From positions 2,592,001 to 2,656,000 of the forward strand of contig JAKFCY010000002.1 in assembly GCA_036676395.1 (NCBI GenBank): a DNA stretch of 64,000 bases, in the 5' to 3' direction. The stretch is from Bdellovibrio sp. (GTDB lineage Bacteria; Bdellovibrionota; Bdellovibrionia; Bdellovibrionales; Bdellovibrionaceae). Under the pieces are notes generated by a model. It did not search any database, had not been told where the DNA came from, and saw nothing but the letters and a program-made list of their open reading frames with translations. The position numbers and the translations under genes are program-made. Below are positions 48,427 to 59,054 of this stretch, piece after piece; within the stretch, counting starts at the first letter, position 1; the number at the start of each line of letters is the position of its first letter.

Positions 48427-49716
48427 TTATCGTTTTAATTGGATCACTTCGTTCAGTAATTCATCTGACGTTGTGATTGTTTTTGAATTGGCTTGGAACG
48501 CTCTTTGATTCGTAATCATGCTTACGAACTCAGAAGCTAAATCCACCGTCGAACGCTCAAGTGATTTTGCCATCACCGAACCACGGCCCGCCATACGAGG
48601 ACCACCGACAGCTGCTGCGCCAGAATCGCGAGATTCTTTGAACATGTTGCCACCGATTTTGAATAACGCTTCAGGAGCTTCGAATTTAGCTAATGCGATT
48701 TGTGCTAAATCTAATACCTGACCATTCGAGTATGAAGCTGTTAATACACCTTCATCATTGAATGATAAACCAGTTACCGTACCTGCAGCGTAACCATCTT
48801 GTGACCATGCAATTACATCTGAATCTTTACCGAACTGTTTTGTTCCGTCGATACCTTTACCACCAGAAGCTAAATCATCACCAAAGTTAAGTTTGATTTG
48901 TTGATCTTGCTTAGCTCCGCCTTTGAAATTTAAAGCAGAATTTGTAACTTCTTGAGATTGTAATTTACCATCTTCAGTAAATTGCAATTTACCTTCAAGA
49001 ACTGTTGCTAAATCTTGGCCTTCTGGAGCGTCAGACACTTCTTTACCATCAACTAAACCTTTGAATGTCCATGTACGGTCTTCGCCTTTGTTAAAGAATA
49101 AATTTAATAAATGTTTATTACCCTGAGAATCGAACATCTCAACCGCTGTAGAGTAGTGAGAAGTCTTATATGGATCTTTTGCATCGAAAGTTTTCGAGTT
49201 AGCAACGTTTCTTGAATCTAAGTTAAGATCCAATTTTAATTCTTTCGTTGCAGAAGCATTAACTAATGCACGAGGGAATTTGATGTCGCTTACTTTATTT
49301 TCGATTTTACCTTTTTCATCAGCTTGGAAACCCTGAACTCTTTGACCAGAGTTATTTACAAGTAAACCAGCTTTATCGAACTTGAAAGATCCATCACGTG
49401 AATACGTTGTTCCTTCAGTTCCTTTTAAAGTAAAAAATCCGTTACCATTTACAGCTAAGTCAGTTGAACGATCTGTGTTATCTAGATTACCTTGAGACAT
49501 AATCGGTGTGATTGATTGAATACGCACACCACGGCCCATCTGATTACCGCCATCGATCCCTTTTAGAGAACGTGACATCACATCAGAAAACTCTGCTCTT
49601 GATGCTTTGAAACCGATTGTGTTTGAATTTGCAATGTTGTCTGCAGTTACGCCCATTGCTTCGCCGTTCGCTTGAAGACCAGTGATACCAGTCCACATTG
49701 ACGATAGAACTCCCAT
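48427..49716 (-). CDS. flgE: Flagellar hook protein
   Basis: GL.ANG..M.V..DNIANSNTIGFK, DLAVNGNGFF, LERSTVDLASEFVSMI..QRAFQANSK. RBS GGAGGT before ATG 49716. Confidence 0.95.
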   Translation of the reverse strand: MGVLSSMWTGITGLQANGEAMGVTADNIANSNTIGFKASRAEFSDVMSRSLKGIDGGNQMGRGVRIQSITPIMSQGNLDNTDRSTDLAVNGNGFFTLKGTEGTTYSRDGSFKFDKAGLLVNNSGQRVQGFQADEKGKIENKVSDIKFPRALVNASATKELKLDLNLDSRNVANSKTFDAKDPYKTSHYSTAVEMFDSQGNKHLLNLFFNKGEDRTWTFKGLVDGKEVSDAPEGQDLATVLEGKLQFTEDGKLQSQEVTNSALNFKGGAKQDQQIKLNFGDDLASGGKGIDGTKQFGKDSDVIAWSQDGYAAGTVTGLSFNDEGVLTASYSNGQVLDLAQIALAKFEAPEALFKIGGNMFKESRDSGAAAVGGPRMAGRGSVMAKSLERSTVDLASEFVSMITNQRAFQANSKTITTSDELLNEVIQLKR

Positions 49717-49735
49717 GATAACCTCCATGTTTTTA

Positions 49736-49863
49736 ATCTAAGAAATCATTTCTTAGATCGTTTGTTTTGGTTTGAAGAATATTCGTATTCTTCTCACCGT
49801 TTCAAACTTGCTAGTCGAGCAAGTTTGTTTCTGAAGGGCCCCCTCTAGGAGGACCAGCCCTTT
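49736..49863 (-). promoter_or_regulatory. Four consecutive hairpins in the flgE leader
   Basis: Inverted repeats at 49736-49758, 49774-49793, 49803-49827 and about 49833-49863. Confidence 0.5.
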
Positions 49864-49874
49864 AAAATCTTTAC

Positions 49875-50342
49875 TTAGATAACTATTGTGCTGTCGATGT
49901 TGGTAAAAACATTTTCTTTCAAATTGTTTTTATCCATCACTGTCACCACAGTGTTATTTTTAACACTCACGATCGCTGCTGAGTCGTCCATCAGAACTAA
50001 AGTGTCTTTCGATCCTTTAGCTGCGGCCTTCTTCACAGCTTCATCAAGTTTAGCTAATCTTGCCGGATCATAACTGATCCCTCTTGATTGCATACGCTCG
50101 ATCGCGTGATTCGAAAACTTTAGACCACCTGCTGCTTCGCCCTTTGCTAAAGAACCGGCTTTCGGTGTCTCTTGCGCGGGAGTGTTGGCAATCAAGCCTT
50201 CTAACGTCTCCTTGAACGAACCTGACTCTTGCGCACCTTGTGCTCCACCCTGAATGTTTTTATCATTCTTGATTTCGCTGGGCGCCTTTGGAATCAGATT
50301 ATCTATGCGACTTAAACTGTTCGCCAGTTTCATCTTATCCAT
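49875..50342 (-). CDS. TIGR02530-family flagellar operon protein
   Basis: LKFSNHAIERMQSRGI...A..KGSKDTLVL...IVSVKN.TVVT......ENVFTNIDS, between flgD and flgE. Confidence 0.9.
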   Translation of the reverse strand: MDKMKLANSLSRIDNLIPKAPSEIKNDKNIQGGAQGAQESGSFKETLEGLIANTPAQETPKAGSLAKGEAAGGLKFSNHAIERMQSRGISYDPARLAKLDEAVKKAAAKGSKDTLVLMDDSAAIVSVKNNTVVTVMDKNNLKENVFTNIDSTIVI

Positions 50343-50345
50343 CGT

Positions 50346-51392
50346 CTATAACTCCTTAGCGGCTTCTGCAGGCGGTGCTGCTGTCGCTACTTTTTCTTCT
50401 TCCGATTGATGCTGGTCAAAAAGTTCTTTCGCTGCCGAAAGGCCTTCCCACATTTCCATCGGCGAAGAGTCCATTGCCTTTAGTTGCTCTGGAGTTTTCG
50501 TCTCTGCTGTAACTTTAGTTTGCTTCGTAGCATCACCTTTATTCAAGTCGAGGTTTGTAACATCGCTTAATTTCTGGTCATTGTTCTTAAGACTTGGGTC
50601 TGAGAACTGACGAATGTCCTTAAGACGAACATTCTGTTTTCCCACCTGAAGTATAGGTCCTTCTTGCGAAAAACTCATACCAGTCACTACTCCGGTGAAG
50701 TCAGTTTTGATATTTAACTTCTGACCTGCGCCACCTGTAGCTTCTAATCTTACTTTGTAATCACCAGCTTTAGCTTTGTTGCCTTTGTCATCTTCGCCAT
50801 TCCAAGAAAATTTATTTTCACCTTCTTTTAGCTGCGGAAATTTCATTTTGCGAACAACATCACCCTTCGCATTCACAATTGAAACATTAGTTTCTTTGGC
50901 TTCTTGCGGAAGAGAAAATTTTACTTCGTGATCTTTATCTAAATCTGTACGTGTGATTTTTGCACTGTCGCCAGAAACTTCTTTGCCGATTAAATTCAGC
51001 GCCTGAAATTGTTCAACAGGCTTACTGGCCTGTTTCATTTCTTGCAGTGTAGTGTTGATATTCGACATTTGCTCTAAACCAGAGAACTGCGCTAATTGCG
51101 CGGCCATTTCATGATTCTTTAATGGGTTTGATGGATCTTGATGTTTAAGCTGTGTAATCATCAACTTAAAAAATGCATCTTTATCCATATTGGTATTACC
51201 CACGCCACGAGTCTTTTTCGACGGATCAACATAATTAGGATCAGCAATTTTATTTAAGGCTTCACCGATGTTCTCAGTGCCTAAAGCATCTTTTTCTTGC
51301 TGCGACATCGCACGGTTATTACCCTGAGCTTTTAAATCAGGTTCTGCTAACTGCGGATCTCTCCAAGTTTTTGTTCCTGTTTTTACATCCAT
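50346..51392 (-). CDS. flgD: Flagellar hook assembly protein FlgD
   Basis: KDAFFKLMITQLKHQDP.NP......AQLAQFS.LEQM, FSWNG.D..G Ig-like domain. Confidence 0.92.
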   Translation of the reverse strand: MDVKTGTKTWRDPQLAEPDLKAQGNNRAMSQQEKDALGTENIGEALNKIADPNYVDPSKKTRGVGNTNMDKDAFFKLMITQLKHQDPSNPLKNHEMAAQLAQFSGLEQMSNINTTLQEMKQASKPVEQFQALNLIGKEVSGDSAKITRTDLDKDHEVKFSLPQEAKETNVSIVNAKGDVVRKMKFPQLKEGENKFSWNGEDDKGNKAKAGDYKVRLEATGGAGQKLNIKTDFTGVVTGMSFSQEGPILQVGKQNVRLKDIRQFSDPSLKNNDQKLSDVTNLDLNKGDATKQTKVTAETKTPEQLKAMDSSPMEMWEGLSAAKELFDQHQSEEEKVATAAPPAEAAKEL

Positions 51393-51403
51393 GTTATGCT
51401 CTC

Positions 51404-52960
51404 CTACGCTACCACGTTAACACTAGATCCCTTGTTGGCGGCAACATATGCTGCGCGGCCTTGAGTGGATTTAGCGATCGGTGTTTGTACCGATTGTTGT
51501 TGTGATGTTTGGTAAGACGATCCGTGCTCACGCTGACGGCCAGAATTTGAATTTGCAAAGTTTTGAAAATTCATTTCTTGCTGCTGTCTGTTTTGAAAAC
51601 TCGAATTCGATGAGTTTGCATCAGACTGAAACTGAGCCTGGTTCTGCGTATCTACCGCGACCACATTATTAATCTTAACATGTTCTACGCGCATTTGGTG
51701 AGAGGCTAGACTAGACTTTAGATCAGAAAGGCTTTCTTCTAACATCTTTTTTACAGATTTATCCTGAGCGTTCATCTCAATGTTAATTTTGCCGTTATCC
51801 AGCATCACTTTAAGATTCACTTCGCCCATGCCTTCCGGAGTCATCTTCACCGTCATCTCACCGCCACCTGCAGTCACTAAATACTTCGCTTGGTTCATCA
51901 CTTCGCGAACATTAGAGTCTTTCATGGCATCAGTCTCTGCACCTGGCTTAGCGGCTGCAGCAGCTCCTGCTGCTCCGGCTGCGGCTCCTAAGTGTGACTG
52001 AAAACTGCGTTGGCCGGTGTGAAGTGCTGACACTTGCGCTGCTAAATCGTTTGAACCATCAAACTTTGGCAAAGACGCTTGTTGCCCGCTATCACCCGAT
52101 GAATTTTGCTTTTCTCCCTGGCCTTGTTTTTCGTTTTCAGCTGAAGACTTCGCTAACACAGCACTTGTTTGATTAAGTGCCTGATCTTTTGCCTGAGCTG
52201 CATCCTGCTGCACAAGTTTAAGATCCGCGGGTTTTGCGGCTTCTTTGCTTAGAATGTCAAAAACCTTACTTTCAAGAGTGGGCGCCGCAGATTCTTCAAC
52301 GTTTGCATCCTGCATCGGTTGAATCATTTGCTGTTCAAGTGCTGCACTCTCTCCAGCTGGAGATTTTAATAATTGCTCTAATACCGCAGGCTGCGCTTCG
52401 CCGTTAAGCTCGGCTAATACGGCTTTTTCAGCATTAGTCATATACTGAAATTCCGGAGCAGCTTCTAATGCACCCTGTGGTTGTGCTTCAGCAGATACGG
52501 CTGTGCCTTCTGCTAAAACTTCTGTTTGAATATTTTGAATGTTGGCAAATTGTTGGCCGGTTGCGATTTGTTGCAGATTTTTTTCGGAATCTGCGATTTC
52601 AACTTCACCCTCGTCTGAGACCATGACATTTGAAATCTTTTGATCAATCGCTATTGGCTGAACTACTGCTTCTGCCGTTACATTCGCTTCAGGTTTTTCT
52701 GCATCGGATTCATCATCCTTTGCGCGAGCCATCTTCTTTTTAATTCCCCCAGATGACTTCTTCGAAACCTGATCAGAATCTTTTTTCTGATCGTCCTTTT
52801 TTTCTGCTTTCGGCTGATCTTTTTCTTTATCTCTGCCTGCAGCTTTGAGTTCTTTTTCAAAATCCTTGCGGATATTTTTATCGAACTCTTTTGGAACTTT
52901 CAGATCAAGATCGTCTATCGTTCCCTGCGGGGGGCCGACACGTATCAAGTCTTTTATCAC
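51404..52960 (-). CDS. fliK: Flagellar hook-length control protein
   Basis: Long disordered N-terminus, C-terminal M.PEGMGEV.L...L.DLKSSL domain, position before flgD. Confidence 0.88.
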   Translation of the reverse strand: MIKDLIRVGPPQGTIDDLDLKVPKEFDKNIRKDFEKELKAAGRDKEKDQPKAEKKDDQKKDSDQVSKKSSGGIKKKMARAKDDESDAEKPEANVTAEAVVQPIAIDQKISNVMVSDEGEVEIADSEKNLQQIATGQQFANIQNIQTEVLAEGTAVSAEAQPQGALEAAPEFQYMTNAEKAVLAELNGEAQPAVLEQLLKSPAGESAALEQQMIQPMQDANVEESAAPTLESKVFDILSKEAAKPADLKLVQQDAAQAKDQALNQTSAVLAKSSAENEKQGQGEKQNSSGDSGQQASLPKFDGSNDLAAQVSALHTGQRSFQSHLGAAAGAAGAAAAAKPGAETDAMKDSNVREVMNQAKYLVTAGGGEMTVKMTPEGMGEVNLKVMLDNGKINIEMNAQDKSVKKMLEESLSDLKSSLASHQMRVEHVKINNVVAVDTQNQAQFQSDANSSNSSFQNRQQQEMNFQNFANSNSGRQREHGSSYQTSQQQSVQTPIAKSTQGRAAYVAANKGSSVNVVA

Positions 52961-52970
52961 TTTCCTCCTT

Positions 52971-53777
52971 TTATGGTTTTACATTTTCCTCTGGCGCAGC
53001 AGCTTCTTTGTCGGCTTTAGGTAAGCTTGTAGGCAACCTGTAGCCGGCATATTTTTCTGCAAAAGCCTGAGCTTTTTCTGTTTTAATTAAATTAAGAATT
53101 TCAGCTGCGCTTTTCTTTTTCATGCGGCTTAAAATATCTATCACTAAATCTTCATCCATAGTTTCAAAGATTTTTGCGGCTTGGTTTGGTTTCATATTTG
53201 TATAAACCTGAACCAATGTGTCAACTTTACCGTCATCTGATTTAATACGATCTTGCAACATAGATGAAATTTTAGTGCGGTACTCTTCAAGCTCAGATAA
53301 TTTTTTCTCGATAGCTACTTTTTGCGCTTCGATTTCTGCAGCTTTTTTATTTAACTCTTCTTCGCGGGCGTCTAATACACGTTTACGCTCAGTTAATTTA
53401 TAAATGTAATCTGAATCATCTTCAACTTCGGCACGAATCGTACCTGAAGCCGGTGCTACAGCTGCCGCGACAACCGGCGCAGCAGGAGCTGCTGTTGCCG
53501 CTGGAATTGTTTCAGCTTGTGCCACGCCTAAGCCAATTTCAATTTTTTGCAATGTTGATTCAATTTGGTCAAAATTTTCAATTGCTAAAAACAAACCTAA
53601 TCCGCAAAAGATAAAAATGGCAAATTGCACGATTGGAAACTTACGCACAGGCTTTTTATTTTTTTTCGTTTGCATATTTTCACGAAGCTTCGGCATAGAA
53701 ATAGTTTTAGCTGGCGCTTGTGTTTGCGCATTTTTTTTAGCTTCTTTGAAAAATTGATCGTAACCATTTCGTTTCAT
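52971..53777 (-). CDS. MotE/FlbB-like flagellar protein (MgtE N-terminal-like domain)
   Basis: TM helix, coiled coil, LVQVYTNMKP.QAAKIFE.MD..L...IL..MK. Confidence 0.8.
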   Translation of the reverse strand: MKRNGYDQFFKEAKKNAQTQAPAKTISMPKLRENMQTKKNKKPVRKFPIVQFAIFIFCGLGLFLAIENFDQIESTLQKIEIGLGVAQAETIPAATAAPAAPVVAAAVAPASGTIRAEVEDDSDYIYKLTERKRVLDAREEELNKKAAEIEAQKVAIEKKLSELEEYRTKISSMLQDRIKSDDGKVDTLVQVYTNMKPNQAAKIFETMDEDLVIDILSRMKKKSAAEILNLIKTEKAQAFAEKYAGYRLPTSLPKADKEAAAPEENVKP

Positions 53778-54223
53778 GCTTTTGTCGTCCTAACAAAACG
53801 AGTTGATGAAATTTCATCTAACTCTTTAGCTTCTTTATCTCTTACATCTTGTAAGAAATCGGCTTTCTTTTTCTCTTTAAGCCTTTCCATTATCTTAACC
53901 TCAATTAGCGCATCTTTCAAAATTTCACGTCTGGACTCGACTACTTTTTCGATTTTTAACAGACGTTCGTTCTGATTAGCTATGCGGAGGTCTTGGCCAA
54001 TAAGAAAACCGTTAATCTGATTAACCTGTTCTTGCCAGCCGCTTGAACTGCCCACCAGGCTTGATCTTTGCGCTAGACTGCGAGTTTTGATATCTAACAT
54101 TTCTTGTAATTTATTTTGTTCTTCAACTAAAAAGGCCTGAGCTTCCAGATAATCTTTGCGTGCCAAATCCATCTTGATATGGCGATGATCTAAAACTTTT
54201 TGCATCGGAAATTTATACTTCAT
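53774..54223 (-). CDS. fliJ: Flagellar export protein FliJ
   Basis: YKFPMQKVLD.R...K..E.LKEK...E.K.LDE, follows fliI. Confidence 0.88.
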   Translation of the reverse strand: MKYKFPMQKVLDHRHIKMDLARKDYLEAQAFLVEEQNKLQEMLDIKTRSLAQRSSLVGSSSGWQEQVNQINGFLIGQDLRIANQNERLLKIEKVVESRREILKDALIEVKIMERLKEKKKADFLQDVRDKEAKELDEISSTRFVRTTKA

Positions 54224-54255
54224 AACCCTAACATCCTGTTAAGTGATTATTTTTA

Positions 54256-55575
54256 TTAAGCGCCAGCAGTGATCTGCTGCATCGTGCGCAGACACTGAGT
54301 CATCGTTGCTGAGTCTTCAGTTTTTTGCTTTAAAAAATCGTTGATCTGATCAATGACTTTTACGGCTTTATCAATTTTTGGATTTGCACCGGTCTTGTAA
54401 GCACCAATATTAATTAAATCTTCAGCTTCTTTATAAGTTGCCATAAGTTCACGAATTTTTAAATTCATGCGCATATGATCTGTGTTCGTGACGGCTTTCA
54501 TCACACGACTTGCACTTTGTAGAATATCAATCGCCGGGTAATGACCACGCTGGGCTAATTGACGTGTTAATACAATGTGGCCATCCACGATTGAACGCAC
54601 ACAATCTCCGATCGGATCATTCATATCATCACCATCAACTAAGGTTGTATAAAATCCGGTGATTGAACCCGCGCCTTCAAAATTACCTGCGCGCTCTAGT
54701 AATTTTGGTAAAGTCGAAAACACACTTGGTGTATAACCGCGTGTTGTTGGCGGCTCGCCAATAGATAAACCAATTTCACGCAAGGCCATTGCAAAACGTG
54801 TTACTGAATCCATCACTAATAAAACATTTTTATTATTCTTTGCAAAATATTCGGCAATCGCTGTAGCGACATACGCCCCGCGCATACGTAATAACGGGCT
54901 TTGATCACTCGTTACACAAACCACAACGGTTTTTTTCATGCCTTGTTCGCCAAGTTCATGCTCGATAAATTCACGAACCTCGCGGCCCCGCTCACCGATA
55001 AGCGCGATCACGTTCACATCAGCTTCGGTATTTTTTGCCATCATACCCATTAACACTGACTTACCAACACCTGAACCGGCCATAATCGCGACACGTTGTC
55101 CGCGACCGGCAGTTAATGTTGCATTAATTGCGCGCACACCTACATCTAAAGGTTCACGAATCGGCTGACGATGAAGTGGATTAACCACCTCTGCGTATAA
55201 TGGAAACTCTTTAAAATTTTCAATCGGTAATTGATCATCAATAGGTAAACCCATGCCATCAACAACACGGCCTAAAAGTTCATCGCTGACCTTAACAGTG
55301 GCGATCGAACGTGAAAGAGTAATTTTACAACCTAACGAAACCCCGCGCATTTCATGCAAAGCCATCATCAAAACCTGACGGTCTTTAAAACCAACAACTT
55401 CTGCTAATAACGGTTTTGATGAATGAGGAGTTTCAATACTGCAGATACTTCCAACAGAAGCCCCCGGAAGAAAGCCTTTAATTAACAGGCCCGTAACTTC
55501 TGTCACCTTACCGCTATCTTCGGTTAAGTGACAGTTTTTGATAATTTCTTCGTATTTCTCAAAGTTTAATTTCAC
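54256..55575 (-). CDS. fliI: Flagellar export ATPase FliI
   Basis: AGSGVGKS, LIGERGREV, DSVTRFA.A.REIGL, DGHIVL.R.LA..GHYPAID. Confidence 0.96.
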   Translation of the reverse strand: MKLNFEKYEEIIKNCHLTEDSGKVTEVTGLLIKGFLPGASVGSICSIETPHSSKPLLAEVVGFKDRQVLMMALHEMRGVSLGCKITLSRSIATVKVSDELLGRVVDGMGLPIDDQLPIENFKEFPLYAEVVNPLHRQPIREPLDVGVRAINATLTAGRGQRVAIMAGSGVGKSVLMGMMAKNTEADVNVIALIGERGREVREFIEHELGEQGMKKTVVVCVTSDQSPLLRMRGAYVATAIAEYFAKNNKNVLLVMDSVTRFAMALREIGLSIGEPPTTRGYTPSVFSTLPKLLERAGNFEGAGSITGFYTTLVDGDDMNDPIGDCVRSIVDGHIVLTRQLAQRGHYPAIDILQSASRVMKAVTNTDHMRMNLKIRELMATYKEAEDLINIGAYKTGANPKIDKAVKVIDQINDFLKQKTEDSATMTQCLRTMQQITAGA

Positions 55576-55578
55576 TTT

Positions 55579-56379
55579 TTATGTCCCATCATCATCTGAT
55601 GATTCTAAAGAGTCTTTAACTTTAGGAGTTGCTGCTGATAATTCTACCCAAACTTTTTTGAAGCGCTCAGCAATACGTGCATCGATTGCACCATAGTTCG
55701 TTTCAACAATACAACCACCCGGTTGAATTTGATCCGAAGCTTGTAATTTAATATTTTCTAAAAATTCATAATTTTCATTATCGCTATTTTTATATGTCTC
55801 TAAAAACTGCACTTGTTCAGGAGCTACAAGCACTGTCACTTCTTCTTCAGCTTGCGCCGTGTGAATGGCACGACGAACCACTTCTAAAACGATCTCAGGT
55901 TTTTGCTCGATATGATCGTAAGCCAGTTTTTCGGCGATTTGATAAATCAAATTAAGAATATGAGCTTCATTATTTGAAATTAAATCTGGTTTTAGACTTT
56001 GAACAGATTGTAAAACTTCGCTTAAATCCAATAAACCACGATCAATTTCGTTGTTTCTTTTTTCTAAAGCTGCTTTGTAGCCTTCGTCTTTACCTAAAAG
56101 ATAACCTTCGTCATACGCTTGTTTTTGAATAAGCGCGATACGTTCTAATACTTTTTGTTCAATGCGGGCTTCTTCGGATTGTTTTTCGATTTCTTCTACG
56201 CCGGTTGTTGCACGCAAAACATCACTTAATACGAAATCCGAACCATGTTTTTTACGTTCTAAATAATCAAGGGCCGCGCCGGGAGTTCCCAGCACGAATT
56301 CGCGCGGCTGATACTCAAGTACCGTAGTATTTTTCTCAGCTTCGTCAGTCTTAGACTTGATCAGATTAGACCATCGCAT
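55579..56379 (-). CDS. fliH: Flagellar assembly protein FliH
   Basis: AYDEGY.LG..EG repeats, PGGCIVET.YG.IDARI. ATG 56379 overlaps the fliG end. Confidence 0.9.
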   Translation of the reverse strand: MRWSNLIKSKTDEAEKNTTVLEYQPREFVLGTPGAALDYLERKKHGSDFVLSDVLRATTGVEEIEKQSEEARIEQKVLERIALIQKQAYDEGYLLGKDEGYKAALEKRNNEIDRGLLDLSEVLQSVQSLKPDLISNNEAHILNLIYQIAEKLAYDHIEQKPEIVLEVVRRAIHTAQAEEEVTVLVAPEQVQFLETYKNSDNENYEFLENIKLQASDQIQPGGCIVETNYGAIDARIAERFKKVWVELSAATPKVKDSLESSDDDGT

Positions 56380-57400
56380 CTTCAGAGCTTCCTCTTGCAA
56401 TAATTAATTTACCTTCAGCTTCTAATCTACGCGCAACGTTGACGATCTCTTGCTGTGCACCCTCTACGTCTGATAGACGTGCAGGTCCCATATTTGCCAG
56501 ATCTTCACGTAACATTTCTGCCGCACGAGCTGAAATATTTTTAAATACTTTAGCTTTGATATCTTCATTCGCTGTTTTAAGAGCAAGAAGTAATCTGTCA
56601 TTAGGGCATTCTTTAAGAAGCAATTGAATACCGCGGTCGTCGATTTTCGCAATATCTTCGAATACGAACATAAGTTTGCGAATCTCTTCTGCCAGTAATG
56701 GATCTTTTTCTTCTAATCTAGACATGATCGTTTGTTCAGAAGATTTATCCATAACGTTAAGCATTTCAGCCACTGGTTGTACGCCACCAAGAGAAGATTG
56801 TTCAACTGTTGAAGTCGCAGATAATTGTGCTTTTAACACGCGATCGATTTCGGCAATAAGCTCGGGATCAACGTTATCTAAATGGGCCATACGAAGTACA
56901 ACTTCGGCCTGTAGACCTTCTGGTAAACGGCGTAATACATCACCTTTTTTCTCAGGCTCTAAATGGGCTAAGATTACCGCTACTGTTTGTGGATGCTCAT
57001 TCACTAAGAATGTTGATAATGATTTCGCATCAACCATTTCTAATGATTCAAGCGTTCTACCACCACCCGAGCTGATATTTAAACCACCTAGGATACCACG
57101 GGCACGTTCTTCACCTAAAGCTTCAACGATTGATTCTTTGCTTGAAGTACGGTCAGAGAAAATGAATTCATCAGACTCACTGATGGTTTCATAGAACTCT
57201 TCTAACACGCGTTTAGTCACGTTCACTGGAACAATTTTAAATTTAGTCATTAAATGGATTAATTTTCTGATATCAGCATCATCCATTTTTTTAAATAGAA
57301 TACGAATAGCATCTTGGCCTAAGTAGTTCACCAGGATGGCCGCTTTATCAATACCGCGTAGAGTGTCATAATCTAAATTTTCATATTTCGACATTTTCAT
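56366..57400 (-). CDS. fliG: Flagellar motor switch protein FliG
   Basis: KAAIL, EHPQTVA, GG...VAEMLN, MFVFEDI, GP.RLSDVE.AQ. Confidence 0.97.
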   Translation of the reverse strand: MKMSKYENLDYDTLRGIDKAAILVNYLGQDAIRILFKKMDDADIRKLIHLMTKFKIVPVNVTKRVLEEFYETISESDEFIFSDRTSSKESIVEALGEERARGILGGLNISSGGGRTLESLEMVDAKSLSTFLVNEHPQTVAVILAHLEPEKKGDVLRRLPEGLQAEVVLRMAHLDNVDPELIAEIDRVLKAQLSATSTVEQSSLGGVQPVAEMLNVMDKSSEQTIMSRLEEKDPLLAEEIRKLMFVFEDIAKIDDRGIQLLLKECPNDRLLLALKTANEDIKAKVFKNISARAAEMLREDLANMGPARLSDVEGAQQEIVNVARRLEAEGKLIIARGSSEDAMV

Positions 57401-57403
57401 AGA

Positions 57404-59053
57404 TTATTCCTTTCTAGAGACCCACATGTTGATAGCACTTGCTGCTTTTTCTTCATCTTTGGTCACTAGATTCATAATACGGTCTTTTAATAATTCAGAT
57501 TCAGCTTTATCCGGATCAACCGAGTCTTGTAACATTGGTAAGACTCCACCTAAACCAGGTAATGTATTATCAACGGCTTGTAGTTCTTCTAATTCTTCAA
57601 TCGTGCGCGGTAACATATCTTCAACAGAATCTGTGAATGAATCTGTAACCCATTGCATGAATGGACGAACCACTAAGAAGAAGAAAAGCATTAATGCAAA
57701 ACCTAACAAACCCCATTTAAATAAAGACTGAATAAGTTTTTTCTTTTCTAAGCTAGTAAGCAATGTTTCGCTCTCGTTAAAGTCTTCAACTTGAAATTGA
57801 ATTGATTCAATCTTAACACTGTCTCCGCGGGCTCCGACAAAACCAATCGCACTTTTTACTAATGATTCATATTTTGCGATCTCTTCAGGAGTTCTTGCAT
57901 CCCATTTTGTAACTGGTTTACCATCTGCTCCAACAGTTGTTGTAGCTACACCATCGACTAAAACGGCAACGCTGATTTTTTCAACCGCACCGGCAGCTTC
58001 ACGCACGTTACGAATAGTTTTTGGCACTTCGTAAGTCACAGTTTTCAATTCTTTGCGAACATCTTGTTTAAAACCAACACTGCCTTGGTTGTCTTCAGAT
58101 CCCGGCACATTCGCACGCGATCCCGGAACACCCGTTGGATTTGTGCGTGACCCGTCTAATGACTCTTCATTCGTTGTCATACTGCGAGTGGCTGTTTTAT
58201 CCGGATCAATAATTTCTTCAACCGAAGAAACAACTCTGTGGTTAATTGTCGCATCAACTTTAGTTACGATGCGGCCTGCTCCAACAACTTTTGATAAGAT
58301 AGAATCAATTCTTTCTTCTAAAGCTTTTTCAACTTGCGATTTAAGCTCCATAATTTCATTTGAAGCGCCTAATGCGCCATCAGATTTTTTAGATAACATA
58401 CGACCGTGTTCATCTAACACAGTTACTTTTTCTGGATCCATGCCTTCAACTGCATTCGCGATTAAATAACGAATACCGCGAACTTGTTCAGGTGATAATT
58501 GTTTTCCTGAATTAAGAGCTACAACTACCGAAGCTGACGGCGGAGTTGATTCATCCATCATTGTTTTCTTCTGTGGTAACGCTAAAATCACTTTTGACTG
58601 CTTAACCGCAGTCAACGTGTTAATCGCACGCATTAATTCGCCCTGAAGAGCTCTTTGGTAATTAATTTTTTGCGAATACGTATTAGCTCCGAAATTTTCT
58701 TTTTCAAAAATCTCTAAGCCAATGCTACCCATATTGGTAGAGCCTACTTCAGTTGATAATTGCATTAATGTCGCATGCAAAAATTCTTTAGGTACCGTGA
58801 TTGTAGAACCATCTTCCATTACACGGTACGGAATCTGTTTTGCATTTAATTTTCCAATGATTATGGGAACTTGATCTGCGGCTACGTTTTTAAATAAAAC
58901 TTCGTAGTCTTTTCCTGAAGCCATAAAGAAAACAAAACCAATCGCCATTACAACGATTAATCCTGAAGCAACAAAGGCCATACGCTTGGTTGGCCCAAGC
59001 GACTTATAGAATTCATTCAACTGGGCAATTAGCCCACCAAACAACTTAGTCAC
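57404..59053 (-). CDS. fliF: Flagellar M-ring protein FliF
   Basis: Two TMs, GLEIF, YQRALQGEL.R.I, SASV, RGD.V. Confidence 0.95.
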   Translation of the reverse strand: MTKLFGGLIAQLNEFYKSLGPTKRMAFVASGLIVVMAIGFVFFMASGKDYEVLFKNVAADQVPIIIGKLNAKQIPYRVMEDGSTITVPKEFLHATLMQLSTEVGSTNMGSIGLEIFEKENFGANTYSQKINYQRALQGELMRAINTLTAVKQSKVILALPQKKTMMDESTPPSASVVVALNSGKQLSPEQVRGIRYLIANAVEGMDPEKVTVLDEHGRMLSKKSDGALGASNEIMELKSQVEKALEERIDSILSKVVGAGRIVTKVDATINHRVVSSVEEIIDPDKTATRSMTTNEESLDGSRTNPTGVPGSRANVPGSEDNQGSVGFKQDVRKELKTVTYEVPKTIRNVREAAGAVEKISVAVLVDGVATTTVGADGKPVTKWDARTPEEIAKYESLVKSAIGFVGARGDSVKIESIQFQVEDFNESETLLTSLEKKKLIQSLFKWGLLGFALMLFFFLVVRPFMQWVTDSFTDSVEDMLPRTIEELEELQAVDNTLPGLGGVLPMLQDSVDPDKAESELLKDRIMNLVTKDEEKAASAINMWVSRKE

Positions 59054-59054
59054 A

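Noticed and set aside
56676..58469. Long antisense ORFs opposite fliG/fliF, and similar short nested ORFs throughout the window
   Set aside because: These are shadows of well-supported genes with no RBS or motifs.
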